IMG/VR virus record: IMGVR_UViG_3300020814_000207
Location: 55,927-75,926 of that record
DNA: 20,000 nt
DNA from: an uncultured virus (IMG/VR IMGVR_UViG_3300020814_000207)
Lineage: Duplodnaviria; Heunggongvirae; Uroviricota; Caudoviricetes
Reading direction: 5' to 3' (one strand)
Of this stretch, positions 1-8,600 are shown piece after piece. Made by a program: the position numbers and the translations under genes. Under the pieces are notes generated by a model that had not been told where the DNA came from, did no database searches, and worked only from the letters and a program-made list of their open reading frames with translations. How positions within the stretch are numbered: position 1 is the first letter of the stretch; each line of letters opens with the position of its first letter.

Positions 1-461
1 TCATCAATCTCATGAACTAGGTCTATATAGCCAGTTATTCTGAATTGTCCCTGTGGTGTTTTCCATATTTTCCCTGGCATTGATATATCGAATCGTTTTT
101 CAACATCCAAGACTTTTAATTCTTGTGGATTGTATGGTGGAGCATCTAATACCTTTTCTATGCATATTCTACAGAATTTAAAATCAGCCGATTCACCATT
201 GCGATTTATTCGCTTAAGTCCAAGATGCTCGTTTTGGGAAACAATTTCATCCCATGCCCTTTCAATCAACCATTCAATATCTATTTGCTTATCTCTTTTC
301 GCTAGAAGTCCAATCCACTCAAGGGCTTTATGCACAACGTTTCCTAATACAGCGGACTTGCCACTGCGAGATTCCATCTCCAATATATACGACAACAAGT
401 ATTGAAAATAACAAAACTTGTATGACTTTATAGCACTGGCACTTAGCTTAGACACATTCAT
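1..461 (-). CDS. PD-(D/E)XK exonuclease, RecB/AddB/Cas4-like; 3' end runs off the window
   Basis: Not in the ORF track because it has no stop in the window. Manual translation from ATG at 461 (GAGG upstream): MNVSKLSASAIKSYKFCYFQYLLSYILEMESRSGKSAVLGNVVHKALEW...LDVEKRFDISMPGKIWKTPQGQFRITGYIDLVHEID. It has the S-x-S...C start, G-x-x-x-H-x-x-x-E helix, the E of VEKRF and the G-x-I-D motif typical of PDDEXK_1. Confidence 0.85.
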   Translation of the reverse strand, partial: MNVSKLSASAIKSYKFCYFQYLLSYILEMESRSGKSAVLGNVVHKALEWIGLLAKRDKQIDIEWLIERAWDEIVSQNEHLGLKRINRNGESADFKFCRICIEKVLDAPPYNPQELKVLDVEKRFDISMPGKIWKTPQGQFRITGYIDLVHEID

Positions 462-1173
462 TTATAACCTCGTCACAAAATGCATCAATGGCCATATTTT
501 GTTCTTGTATGTTCATGTTGGAGTTATCAACAACTAAAGAATAATTCTCCATAGGATATGTATCGAGGGCTACTTCGGATGGGTGACAATCTAGTCCAGC
601 TACATTGCGCAACAGACGAACTGTTTTTCCACCAACATTTGTTACAGCCTCTAGCTCATTTGGAAATCTGGCGTCTGTGATAATAGCTAGACATATTTTG
701 GCATCCCCAGTCTTGCGTGCATCGTCATTAATTGTTTTTACAGTGGCTTGCACCCATGCATCATTCTTGATATGACGAACAACGTTTGTTCCGAAAAATT
801 GAAGAACTTCTCTTGCTGTCATGTATTTGTGAGATGGACACGAAATTGGCATATCACACCATTTGATAGAGGTCGTTGAATTTTTTTGCAACTCTGTTCC
901 ATAGCATTGTTGATATGTCAAACCGAAACATTTCATACAAAAGTCTTTCAACACATCTGCAAAACTATATTGTTTTACCCCATCAAAAGCATGATCATAT
1001 AAACATCCTTCTTTTACTAATCCAACTTGATCACCTATAAAATACACCAATTCCCCATTTTTATTAATTAAGAAATCCTCAATTTGTTTTGTTGATTTCA
1101 GGTATTTGCCAATAAGATAATTTGCTGCCGTATTTTTGCCGCTACGTTTTTTTCCTGAGAAACAGACTATCAT
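448..1173 (-). CDS. Deoxynucleoside monophosphate kinase, T4 gp1-like
   Basis: N-terminal P-loop FSGKKRSGKNT, plus SFADVLK, REVLQFFGT, ITDARFPNE and HPSE motifs characteristic of phage dNMP kinases. Confidence 0.9.
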   Translation of the reverse strand: MIVCFSGKKRSGKNTAANYLIGKYLKSTKQIEDFLINKNGELVYFIGDQVGLVKEGCLYDHAFDGVKQYSFADVLKDFCMKCFGLTYQQCYGTELQKNSTTSIKWCDMPISCPSHKYMTAREVLQFFGTNVVRHIKNDAWVQATVKTINDDARKTGDAKICLAIITDARFPNELEAVTNVGGKTVRLLRNVAGLDCHPSEVALDTYPMENYSLVVDNSNMNIQEQNMAIDAFCDEVINECV

Positions 1174-1174
1174 T

Positions 1175-2275
1175 TTATCCTCGCAAACATTTATCTATTT
1201 GTGGTTTAATCTCACTTAATATGTCAGTAGCACTCATACTCCCAATATCTTTAGCCGTTGGTGTTATACAAAAGACCCTGAAATATAGTTCCAGACTAGA
1301 CCTTAGTCTTTGCTGTGCTTCAACAGCGCTGTCATCATTATCTAGTGTTAATATCAAAGTCAACGCACCCGCATTTTGCAATAACTGTCTCTGCTTTGGC
1401 GACATGTTAAGGCCAAAAATAGCAATCGCGTTATGAATACCGGCCATTTCGTATCCCCATACATCCCCAGGCCCTTCGCAGATAATGGCGGTTTTTGTTT
1501 TCTTAATAAAAGGCTTTGCGTACCATATATTATATACCAACGATTCAGCCTTAAAATCGACAGAATGACACCATTTCGCGTACCTAAAATTATTTTTGTC
1601 TTTGGGGCATATTTTTGCCGGATCATGATATCTGCCACATTGCGTACATTTTTCCCAGATACTACGAGATGTCCAACCCATTACATATCGACCGGTCTCA
1701 TCAAGAACTGGAATATATGCTCTATTATAGAATTTTTTATCGGGCTTATCACAATATGATATATGATATTTTGAGATGATTTCGTCGGTAATACCCCTTG
1801 TCGGATAGTATGTCGTATCTGGTTTCATGTACCGTAGCGCCTCGGACAATGGCATCATATGCTTGCTTGGATTACTCTGTATCTTTTTCCTGTATGCGCG
1901 TATTGCACTATCAATTATAACTTCTTCCTCGGTCTTGGGATCAATTTTAGAATTGTCTAACCCAAGCACCTTGGCACAAAAATCAACAGCCTGACGGAAA
2001 CTGTATTTCTTATTTGTTCGGCTGTATAGTATTCCCCTCACTAACCCAAAAATACTCGTGGATCTTCCTGTCGATTCAAGTTCCTCACAGTGCTTAGTCA
2101 TACACTTCCAATGCCTAGATGTGAATGCCCAGAACCACGCCCTATCATTATCTCCGTTGTGAATTGGACACTTGCCTTGTAAATAATCCATCCTTTCTGT
2201 ATACTCAACACCAAGGGCATCAAGTATCTCTCTTATGCGTTCACATGCCCGATCTTGAATAAAGTCGATATCCAT
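1175..2275 (-). CDS. dnaG: DnaG-type DNA primase
   Basis: N-terminal Zn-binding CPIH...WKCMTKHC, YYPTRGI, NRAYIPVLD...GWTSR, TOPRIM motifs ICEGPGDV and LDND, and C-terminal KD. Adjacent to the helicase (TAATG overlap at 2275). Confidence 0.92.
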   Translation of the reverse strand: MDIDFIQDRACERIREILDALGVEYTERMDYLQGKCPIHNGDNDRAWFWAFTSRHWKCMTKHCEELESTGRSTSIFGLVRGILYSRTNKKYSFRQAVDFCAKVLGLDNSKIDPKTEEEVIIDSAIRAYRKKIQSNPSKHMMPLSEALRYMKPDTTYYPTRGITDEIISKYHISYCDKPDKKFYNRAYIPVLDETGRYVMGWTSRSIWEKCTQCGRYHDPAKICPKDKNNFRYAKWCHSVDFKAESLVYNIWYAKPFIKKTKTAIICEGPGDVWGYEMAGIHNAIAIFGLNMSPKQRQLLQNAGALTLILTLDNDDSAVEAQQRLRSSLELYFRVFCITPTAKDIGSMSATDILSEIKPQIDKCLRG

Positions 2276-3711
2276 TAATCTACGTCCTGCATTAGCGACA
2301 TTGGCATTTGCTCTTTTAATGTTTGTGAATATGCCTGTCCTTCTAACATTTGCGCGATTGAGAAATCTGATTTTACATTGATGTAATCTCCGGGATGCAT
2401 GCCCTTACCAAATCTAGTATCCGTTATTACCAATTTCCTATCACCATTTGATGGTGGGTCTTCGTTTAGTTCTTCTTGGCTTTTCTTTTTGAGAATAGTA
2501 AAACTAGATGCTAGCCACAATATTCTATCTGAGCCGGATATGACATTGCCCTCTTCTCTATCGCCACCATCCCTATTTAATTGCACAGTTGCTAATATCG
2601 GTAGATCATATTTGAGGGCAAAATTGTGCATCTCCGTTAGCAGAAAACCAAGAAGCTGATATTCTGCTAAATTATTCTTTACGTCTGACTGATCCATAAG
2701 TTTGAGGTAATCGTATATAACAACGCATGGCTTTGCTTTTCCAGACGGGGTAAATCCAACATTTTTGGCCAACCATCTACGAACAATTGATAATATCCCC
2801 CTAATAGATTGTCCAGCAACAGAGCAGTGGGTCAAAGGTAAATTGTCGATTGCTTCCTTAGTATCGTAAACAGCGATACGTTCTTCTTGTAGTTCGCTGA
2901 ACTGTCCAGTCTCTATACGATTTAACGAAACTTTACTTAGCAATGATGCCAATCTCATCATCTGCCACTTGCGCGGCAACTCAGTGTCTAGGTATAAAAC
3001 CGGGACACCATATTTGGCCACATTATTAGCAACATTAAGACAGAAAAACGATTTACCGATTTTGGGTCTAGCGCCGACAACTGTTACCCCGCCCGGTCGC
3101 AATCCGCCACCGATAGCCTGATCAAATAACTGGAAACCGGATGGTAAGCCTATGATATCCTTTGGGTTATCAGACAACGCATCGAACATATCTTTGATAT
3201 CTCTGCCAATATGCACTAACGCATTATCCTTTGATGCTAGTTTTGCCGTGAAACCAAAGATTGGATCTTCAATCATGGAAAAAATGGACAAGATATCTTC
3301 GTTGCCAGTAATCTTTTCCATATCCTTTTGAATATGCCTAAGACATAGATAGGCTTGACGACAAACACTTAGTTTGAAAACAACTGAAGCTAACGATCTC
3401 GCACTTTCTATGCCGACGCTTTCTGCAAAGAGACTTCCTATATATTCCTCGTCTTTGTTGGTGCCGATTATGTTATCGAATCCCATGCTCCGTGACATAG
3501 AAACAATTGTTGGCGTATCGAATTCTTTTATATCCTTGTCATGCACCAGTGTTTTTAGAACTGTGAAAAGTTTCGCATGATGTGGACCATAGAAATCTGA
3601 TGGCGATAGTAGTTCTTCTATGTCGATAAGGGCGTCAGCGCCATTCGACAAAATCCCAGCAAGCACAACTCGCTCTGCTCCGATATCATTAAGGCATGTA
3701 TTTTTTTTCAT
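2275..3711 (-). CDS. dnaB: Replicative DnaB-family (SF4) helicase
   Basis: N-terminal AERVVLAGIL...LSPSDFY DnaB domain, GLPSGFQLFDQAIGGGLRPG, Walker A GARPKIGKS, LDTE, Walker B IYDYLKL, VQLNR and SGSDRI. Confidence 0.95.
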   Translation of the reverse strand: MKKNTCLNDIGAERVVLAGILSNGADALIDIEELLSPSDFYGPHHAKLFTVLKTLVHDKDIKEFDTPTIVSMSRSMGFDNIIGTNKDEEYIGSLFAESVGIESARSLASVVFKLSVCRQAYLCLRHIQKDMEKITGNEDILSIFSMIEDPIFGFTAKLASKDNALVHIGRDIKDMFDALSDNPKDIIGLPSGFQLFDQAIGGGLRPGGVTVVGARPKIGKSFFCLNVANNVAKYGVPVLYLDTELPRKWQMMRLASLLSKVSLNRIETGQFSELQEERIAVYDTKEAIDNLPLTHCSVAGQSIRGILSIVRRWLAKNVGFTPSGKAKPCVVIYDYLKLMDQSDVKNNLAEYQLLGFLLTEMHNFALKYDLPILATVQLNRDGGDREEGNVISGSDRILWLASSFTILKKKSQEELNEDPPSNGDRKLVITDTRFGKGMHPGDYINVKSDFSIAQMLEGQAYSQTLKEQMPMSLMQDVD

Positions 3712-3713
3712 GT

Positions 3714-4208
3714 TTAGTCTGGGCGAGTATCCCTAAGACACTTTGGACATCGTTGACCTATTTCGGATGATAGTCGGTGGATAGATTCGAATTCCGCATT
3801 GCAGACACTACAAGTGGCCTTGTACACCACATTACCCTTCCTTTTATTCTGTTGTTTTCGTTTTGCGGACCCGACGCTTTTCTTTTGATTAGACTCTACT
3901 TCAGCGGGGTCTATATCTGGGTTTGTCATTAGTGTCATTTTCCCGTAAAGCGTATCTTTGTTACCGGATATAGATACGGGTTCTACGTCGTCAATATCAA
4001 TTTCATTATTATTCATTTGTGGCTGGTCTTGATTAATATTGACACCTAGCATGTCATCGATTTGGCGTCTAAGTTGTAGTAGCAAATTCTTATCGCTACC
4101 AGTATCTGGTGGTTTCAAATCTTCTCCAGTTAACATCTTGAATCCTTCGCAAACACGTTGCCAGTTTCCACTAACTATTCCAGTCTTAATCGTTTCTATT
4201 GGCGTCAT
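3714..4208 (-). CDS. Hypothetical protein with C-terminal CxxC-x17-CxxC zinc ribbon
   Basis: CSVC...RCPKC at the C-terminus preceded by a basic stretch. Translationally coupled (ATGA at 4205-4208). Confidence 0.7.
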   Translation of the reverse strand: MTPIETIKTGIVSGNWQRVCEGFKMLTGEDLKPPDTGSDKNLLLQLRRQIDDMLGVNINQDQPQMNNNEIDIDDVEPVSISGNKDTLYGKMTLMTNPDIDPAEVESNQKKSVGSAKRKQQNKRKGNVVYKATCSVCNAEFESIHRLSSEIGQRCPKCLRDTRPD

Positions 4209-4612
4209 TTCGCAGCCTCCCCAAACCTACTTCTTTGAACAGACATTAAGCATTGTGATATGAACTCTAATCTTTTCGCCATGAATTCTATGCGAGACAT
4301 TTTCAATTCAACGTTCTGTTTCATACTGTGCAATTTTGATTTATCGTCTCCAAAGAAACTGTTCCTATTGGCGTTACACCATCCGATAAGCGTTTTGCAT
4401 TGATTGTACTTGTGCTGAATACTCATCGCTAATACAGAAACTATAAAAGCGTACTCTGCCGCTTCTCGTCCAGTCATCTCGGCCAATCTATCGCGACCAA
4501 TATTGATTACTCCGTTAATTGTATCAGAATCCGGTTCAGCAATGGGAAGGTTGATATTTTTTTCCCATGTAGACAGCATTGTTTCTAACGACGCCACATT
4601 CTCTTTTAGCAT
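4205..4612 (-). CDS. Hypothetical alpha-helical protein
   Basis: 135-aa ORF tiling exactly between its neighbours, with a helical/coiled-coil pattern and no catalytic motif recognised. Confidence 0.65.
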   Translation of the reverse strand: MLKENVASLETMLSTWEKNINLPIAEPDSDTINGVINIGRDRLAEMTGREAAEYAFIVSVLAMSIQHKYNQCKTLIGWCNANRNSFFGDDKSKLHSMKQNVELKMSRIEFMAKRLEFISQCLMSVQRSRFGEAAK

Positions 4613-4613
4613 A

Positions 4614-5003
4614 TTAACTTCCTAACAAACAAACTATTTCACTTGACGACATTGTTGCGTCTATCTCAATAAGTCTTATATTGTTTAGTCTACACCACTC
4701 TCTTTTACGCACATCTCTGTCTTGCTGATTATGGAACCCTCTGAGCGTTTCGTGAAAAAATTTTACGAACTTATTATGTTGAATGCCGTTACACTCAATG
4801 GCCAATTTTCTAGATGGAATAAAGAAATCTAAAACAAGTTTTTCGCCACGAATATAAACTTCTTCTAATATAACGTCCATAGGATAGTGGCCTTTTAATA
4901 TGTCTCCAATGCTTGATTGGAAATTCGATTTGGACGTACCTTTCATGGCATATTTTTTCAGATCAATTTTTTGGACTGTTCCATTGAGTAATTTAACTAG
5001 CAT
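4614..5003 (-). CDS. DUF559/Vsr-like PD-(D/E)XK endonuclease
   Basis: LEEVY...LDFFIPSRKLAIECNGIQH...QQDRDVRKREWCRLNNIRLIEI matches the DUF559/Vsr pattern. Confidence 0.8.
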   Translation of the reverse strand: MLVKLLNGTVQKIDLKKYAMKGTSKSNFQSSIGDILKGHYPMDVILEEVYIRGEKLVLDFFIPSRKLAIECNGIQHNKFVKFFHETLRGFHNQQDRDVRKREWCRLNNIRLIEIDATMSSSEIVCLLGS

Positions 5004-6021
5004 TACACAAAACCGTTGAACGAATATCTTGTTCTAATTTGTTGGCTATATCGCGATTGGAGACTAGGAAGTTTCTCAAGTTTTCAAGTCCCTGGAACTT
5101 ATCCTCTGTCAATGATGGAATCGTATACCAAGAACCAGCCTTTTCTATCAAACCAAGGTTTTCTGCGTGCGTCATTATGTCTACTTCTGTGTCAATACCA
5201 AAACCAAATCGCAATGGTATACTACATGGAATAAATGGCCTACCAAGCGCCGACGCCCTAATGGTGCAACATATGTCTTGGCCAAGTACAGAACCGCTAC
5301 TGTCTCTATCCCACAATTTAAACCAATCTACGTTTATCCAAACAGAACAGGCGTACTGGATACCCATTCCGCCCTTCTCATTGAACTTCTTGTTGCTTCC
5401 GCGATCTCTGTTTGTTTGATACTGAGATAAAAAGACAACGATATTGTTGTTGATGTCGACGTAATCTTTTACCTTTCTAAAAAATGACGCTAGTAATTTG
5501 GGGACACCAGCCATGTCGTGATTTTCGCCAGTCAGTTCTGACTGCTCGGATAATGTTGATAACATAGCTAGGCTATCTATTACTATTACCGAACCGGGTT
5601 CGTCTTTAATTGCTCGCTCTATGGATTGTAACCATTCTTCTGCACTCAGCACCTTTTCCATATTAGATCTGACTATAGTCAGTTTCGACGAATCTAGATC
5701 TCGTATGGTTTTGATAAGTGCCGGATCACATCTGCGCTCTATATCAAAATAAATTGCTTTTCTGTTTGCCTTTATGGCGTTGCTTAGAATATGTAGACAT
5801 AACGTGGTTTTCCCAGCCTTTGGTTTTCCAGAAAGAAATACGACCTTACCTTCTGGAATGCCACCGCTTAATGCTATGTCTAGCGATAATGTTGTTGACA
5901 ATATTTTCCGTGGTCGATCAACAAGAACATCAGCCTGGATAACAAGCCCCTTGCCAAACATGTCGTCGATGATGGAATCAAATGTTTTGTTGGCAGTCTG
6001 GTCGGGTTTCTTTTTTGCCAC
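4993..6021 (-). CDS. recA: RecA/UvsX-like recombinase
   Basis: STTLSLDIALSGGIPEGKV, Walker A GKPKAGKTT, FDIE, Walker B VIDSLAML, FLSQ, KGG, RFGFGID and GLIEKAGSWY...KFQG. Likely start is GTG at 6021 (GGAGA 9 nt upstream); the ORF track starts at TTG 6030. Confidence 0.93.
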   Translation of the reverse strand: MAKKKPDQTANKTFDSIIDDMFGKGLVIQADVLVDRPRKILSTTLSLDIALSGGIPEGKVVFLSGKPKAGKTTLCLHILSNAIKANRKAIYFDIERRCDPALIKTIRDLDSSKLTIVRSNMEKVLSAEEWLQSIERAIKDEPGSVIVIDSLAMLSTLSEQSELTGENHDMAGVPKLLASFFRKVKDYVDINNNIVVFLSQYQTNRDRGSNKKFNEKGGMGIQYACSVWINVDWFKLWDRDSSGSVLGQDICCTIRASALGRPFIPCSIPLRFGFGIDTEVDIMTHAENLGLIEKAGSWYTIPSLTEDKFQGLENLRNFLVSNRDIANKLEQDIRSTVLCNAS

Positions 6022-6478
6022 TTTGTTCAATCTCCAGTATTCTGTTTAGTTTGTTATTACTATCTGTATCTATATTTGTAATCGTCATATTTGTTCGCAT
6101 GTACTCGACATCACACTTTGTTTCTGGACAATCATTTACAAGAGAAGTTTTTTCTGCCATTAGCCTATCATACTGTTTTCTTGTAATTCTATCTAGTGCC
6201 AGTAGTGTCTTTTCTACTAACAACGATTTGTTACCAAGTATTTTAACCGCGTTTATGATGGCCGTTTGCATAGTTGGGTCATCTATGTTATCGTATAGTT
6301 TGGCGAACTTACTAAACCCCATTCTTTCCCTGCTATATTTTTTGCCCCAATATTTACTATCTCTCCAAAATCTTTGTGGCAAATTTCTGTCCATATTTAG
6401 ACAGACCAGTTCTACAACATAGTCTGCTAATGAGACCGAGAGCCCAGGAGTAGTTGGGGAAGTGAATGGTTTATCCAT
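5978..6478 (-). CDS. Hypothetical protein
   Basis: 166-aa ORF in the minus-strand gene train, overlapping the previous stop; no motif recognised. Confidence 0.65.
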   Translation of the reverse strand: MDKPFTSPTTPGLSVSLADYVVELVCLNMDRNLPQRFWRDSKYWGKKYSRERMGFSKFAKLYDNIDDPTMQTAIINAVKILGNKSLLVEKTLLALDRITRKQYDRLMAEKTSLVNDCPETKCDVEYMRTNMTITNIDTDSNNKLNRILEIEQSGKKETRPDCQQNI

Positions 6479-6881
6479 TTTCTATTAACTTAAACCCACA
6501 CTTTTCTTTGGTTTGTTCTTCATAATAACTCTGTCGCATATCGGGCAACTTAATCCAATTAATAAGACATGTAACTCCGTCGTAATATCCAATTCCAACA
6601 GCATGAGACTCTGCCGCGCCAAAAACTGCTTGGCCTTTAAATCCATATATGTATCCAGATTGTTTCGGTGGTGTGCTCCATTCCCTTACATGACCACCTT
6701 CTACTAGTTGTAAACGCAGCATTGTTATCTTGATATCTTTATGGTCCGTTAAGAATTGTTTTAGTCTATGCCATGCGTGTGGTTGTCCTGATAAATCGTC
6801 TTGGATAACTGTACGACCATCTGATAGCGATGCCAAAAATCTTAAATTTGGAGTATATTCATTTACCTCAAATGCAACCAC
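6471..6881 (-). CDS. Hypothetical protein, beta-rich
   Basis: 136-aa ORF with GTG start and GGAG upstream; tiles with neighbours. Confidence 0.65.
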   Translation of the reverse strand: MVAFEVNEYTPNLRFLASLSDGRTVIQDDLSGQPHAWHRLKQFLTDHKDIKITMLRLQLVEGGHVREWSTPPKQSGYIYGFKGQAVFGAAESHAVGIGYYDGVTCLINWIKLPDMRQSYYEEQTKEKCGFKLIENG

Positions 6882-7152
6882 TGATATTTTCTCCGTGTTG
6901 AGACATCTGTTTGGTCATAACCACAACACCCTTGGCCACAGTCGCAGTCAATGGCACCTTACCCGTAAAACGAACAACCCTGTCTTTGTTTTTGGAATCT
7001 ATGTCGTTATTTGACACTAGCCTATTAATGTATCCCATAACGGTATCGATAAATTCTACCCTATTTTTAGAAGTTTTTCTAGATAAGTTTACATTTGAAT
7101 CTTCAAGAAACTTATGTAGTTGGGCAACGATGACTTCTTTTGGACTATCCAT
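6868..7152 (-). CDS. Hypothetical protein
   Basis: 94-aa ORF with GAGG upstream of the ATG; tiles with neighbours. Confidence 0.6.
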   Translation of the reverse strand: MDSPKEVIVAQLHKFLEDSNVNLSRKTSKNRVEFIDTVMGYINRLVSNNDIDSKNKDRVVRFTGKVPLTATVAKGVVVMTKQMSQHGENISGCI

Positions 7153-7435
7153 TAACAGCCTCTCTTTCTGCTATGACGAAATGCGTGTGGTTTTTTGTTC
7201 TTAGGAATGTTACATAATATTGGTAACATTTTTGACTACACTTTCTAAGCTTAAACATTGGCTCGCCTCGCTCTCTGTCCTGCTTATTAACATTATTCAT
7301 TGTAAATGGATTAAAAAGTCGTCCGTCGACAGAACATAGCACATAACATACACCGTCTGTTCCGGCTTTTGCAAATACGGTTTCTGATGTAGGGGGTGAT
7401 CGGCGAGGCACACCATCTCGTGTTACGAAAATCAT
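7145..7435 (-). CDS. Hypothetical protein
   Basis: 96-aa ORF with TAATG coupling at 7435 and GGAG upstream. Confidence 0.65.
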   Translation of the reverse strand: MIFVTRDGVPRRSPPTSETVFAKAGTDGVCYVLCSVDGRLFNPFTMNNVNKQDRERGEPMFKLRKCSQKCYQYYVTFLRTKNHTHFVIAEREAVNG

Positions 7436-7728
7436 TACGCGCTCCTTTTGGCCAGAACTACCCGTGTATCGTTATCTAATTCATCTAATACGTCCAGGTC
7501 AATGTTACTGTCACAAGATCCAATATAAAACCTGCCGTTAATGACATGTTTGATAGAAGAACCGCCACAGAATCCACATCTACCAACAATTTTGCACGAC
7601 GAAGAATCTTCGTCTATTACAATTATGTCGAACAATGACTTATTGCAATTCAAACATTTGACAACAACAGTTGCGACTTTGTTAATTTGATTTTCCGGAA
7701 CACCATTTGTTACATTAACCCGCATCAT
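7435..7728 (-). CDS. Hypothetical Zn-ribbon protein
   Basis: CLNC...CGFC pairs; ATGA coupling at 7725-7728. Confidence 0.65.
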   Translation of the reverse strand: MMRVNVTNGVPENQINKVATVVVKCLNCNKSLFDIIVIDEDSSSCKIVGRCGFCGGSSIKHVINGRFYIGSCDSNIDLDVLDELDNDTRVVLAKRSA

Positions 7729-8036
7729 GTCACTCCAGTCTCAATGTATCGCCTTGGATTTTTCAGTATCTTTGTATTAACCTTATCGCTATTGCGCCAC
7801 CATGGCCTAGCGAGTTTCTTCCGTTTTTTGCTCTGTTTATCGGCGACACCCTCATTTTTGTTTAATGCCACTGGGTTGGCCGTATTCTTAACTATCGCAA
7901 TAATGCCGCCACTAATAATCCTCCTGAGATTTTCCGTCTTGCATTGATCGCAACGCGTAATAGCATCGTCCTTTATACTTTGTCGTATCTCTGTTTCATG
8001 GCCACAGTTATCGCAAACGTATTGGTATGTTGGCAT
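7725..8036 (-). CDS. FmdB-family zinc-ribbon protein (CxxC_CxxC_SSSS type)
   Basis: Diagnostic N-terminus MPTYQYVCDNCGHETEIRQSIKDDAITRCDQC...LRRIIS, with a basic C-terminal extension and GGGGGA RBS. Confidence 0.85.
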   Translation of the reverse strand: MPTYQYVCDNCGHETEIRQSIKDDAITRCDQCKTENLRRIISGGIIAIVKNTANPVALNKNEGVADKQSKKRKKLARPWWRNSDKVNTKILKNPRRYIETGVT

Positions 8037-8045
8037 TACGTCCCC

Positions 8046-8597
8046 CTACAGTATACTGCTTGGCTGCTCGATTTTTGTCTTGGCAGCAAAGGTTCCTGCC
8101 CTTTCAGTGAACTCACGCAACATTTTCTTGTCCTTCAGCCCAAACGGACCACCGTTTTCAGTTTGTTTTTCGATTTCTGCCTTTACCTTGTTGCAAACAT
8201 AACTTGGACTACTTTGTATAGCAGAGGTTACAAGCGTCAGTAATCCCTTTAGCTTCAACGAATTACGAACAAAGATGAACACAACACCAACCCCAGCTAG
8301 CAGAAAGACGATAACGACGGCGGTGGCCCCCAACACGACCCATCCAGCGCCTCCATAATTGATGGTTTCGGCACTTATTTCCTTATGCATAATGTCCATT
8401 TTATCAACAAGTTGTTGCCTGAAAGATTGTGTTAGCTCGTCGATGTTATTTAGCTTATTACTAATCGACGCATTTTGGTCGACAATTCTTGTTAGCTGTT
8501 CGCCGACAACACCAACTTTCGCATCAGCATCCACACAAGAAAAACTCGTACAGATCAGGGTCATAAAAACAATTGTTGTTAATACTATCCTAAGCAT
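8046..8597 (-). CDS. Membrane protein: putative lipoprotein signal, coiled coil and internal TM helix
   Basis: Hydrophobic N-terminus ending SFSC21, a heptad-like segment, long hydrophobic helix GWVVLGATAVVIVFLLAGVGVVFIFV followed by basic RNSLKLK. GGAGG RBS. Confidence 0.7.
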   Translation of the reverse strand: MLRIVLTTIVFMTLICTSFSCVDADAKVGVVGEQLTRIVDQNASISNKLNNIDELTQSFRQQLVDKMDIMHKEISAETINYGGAGWVVLGATAVVIVFLLAGVGVVFIFVRNSLKLKGLLTLVTSAIQSSPSYVCNKVKAEIEKQTENGGPFGLKDKKMLREFTERAGTFAAKTKIEQPSSIL

Positions 8598-8600
8598 GTT

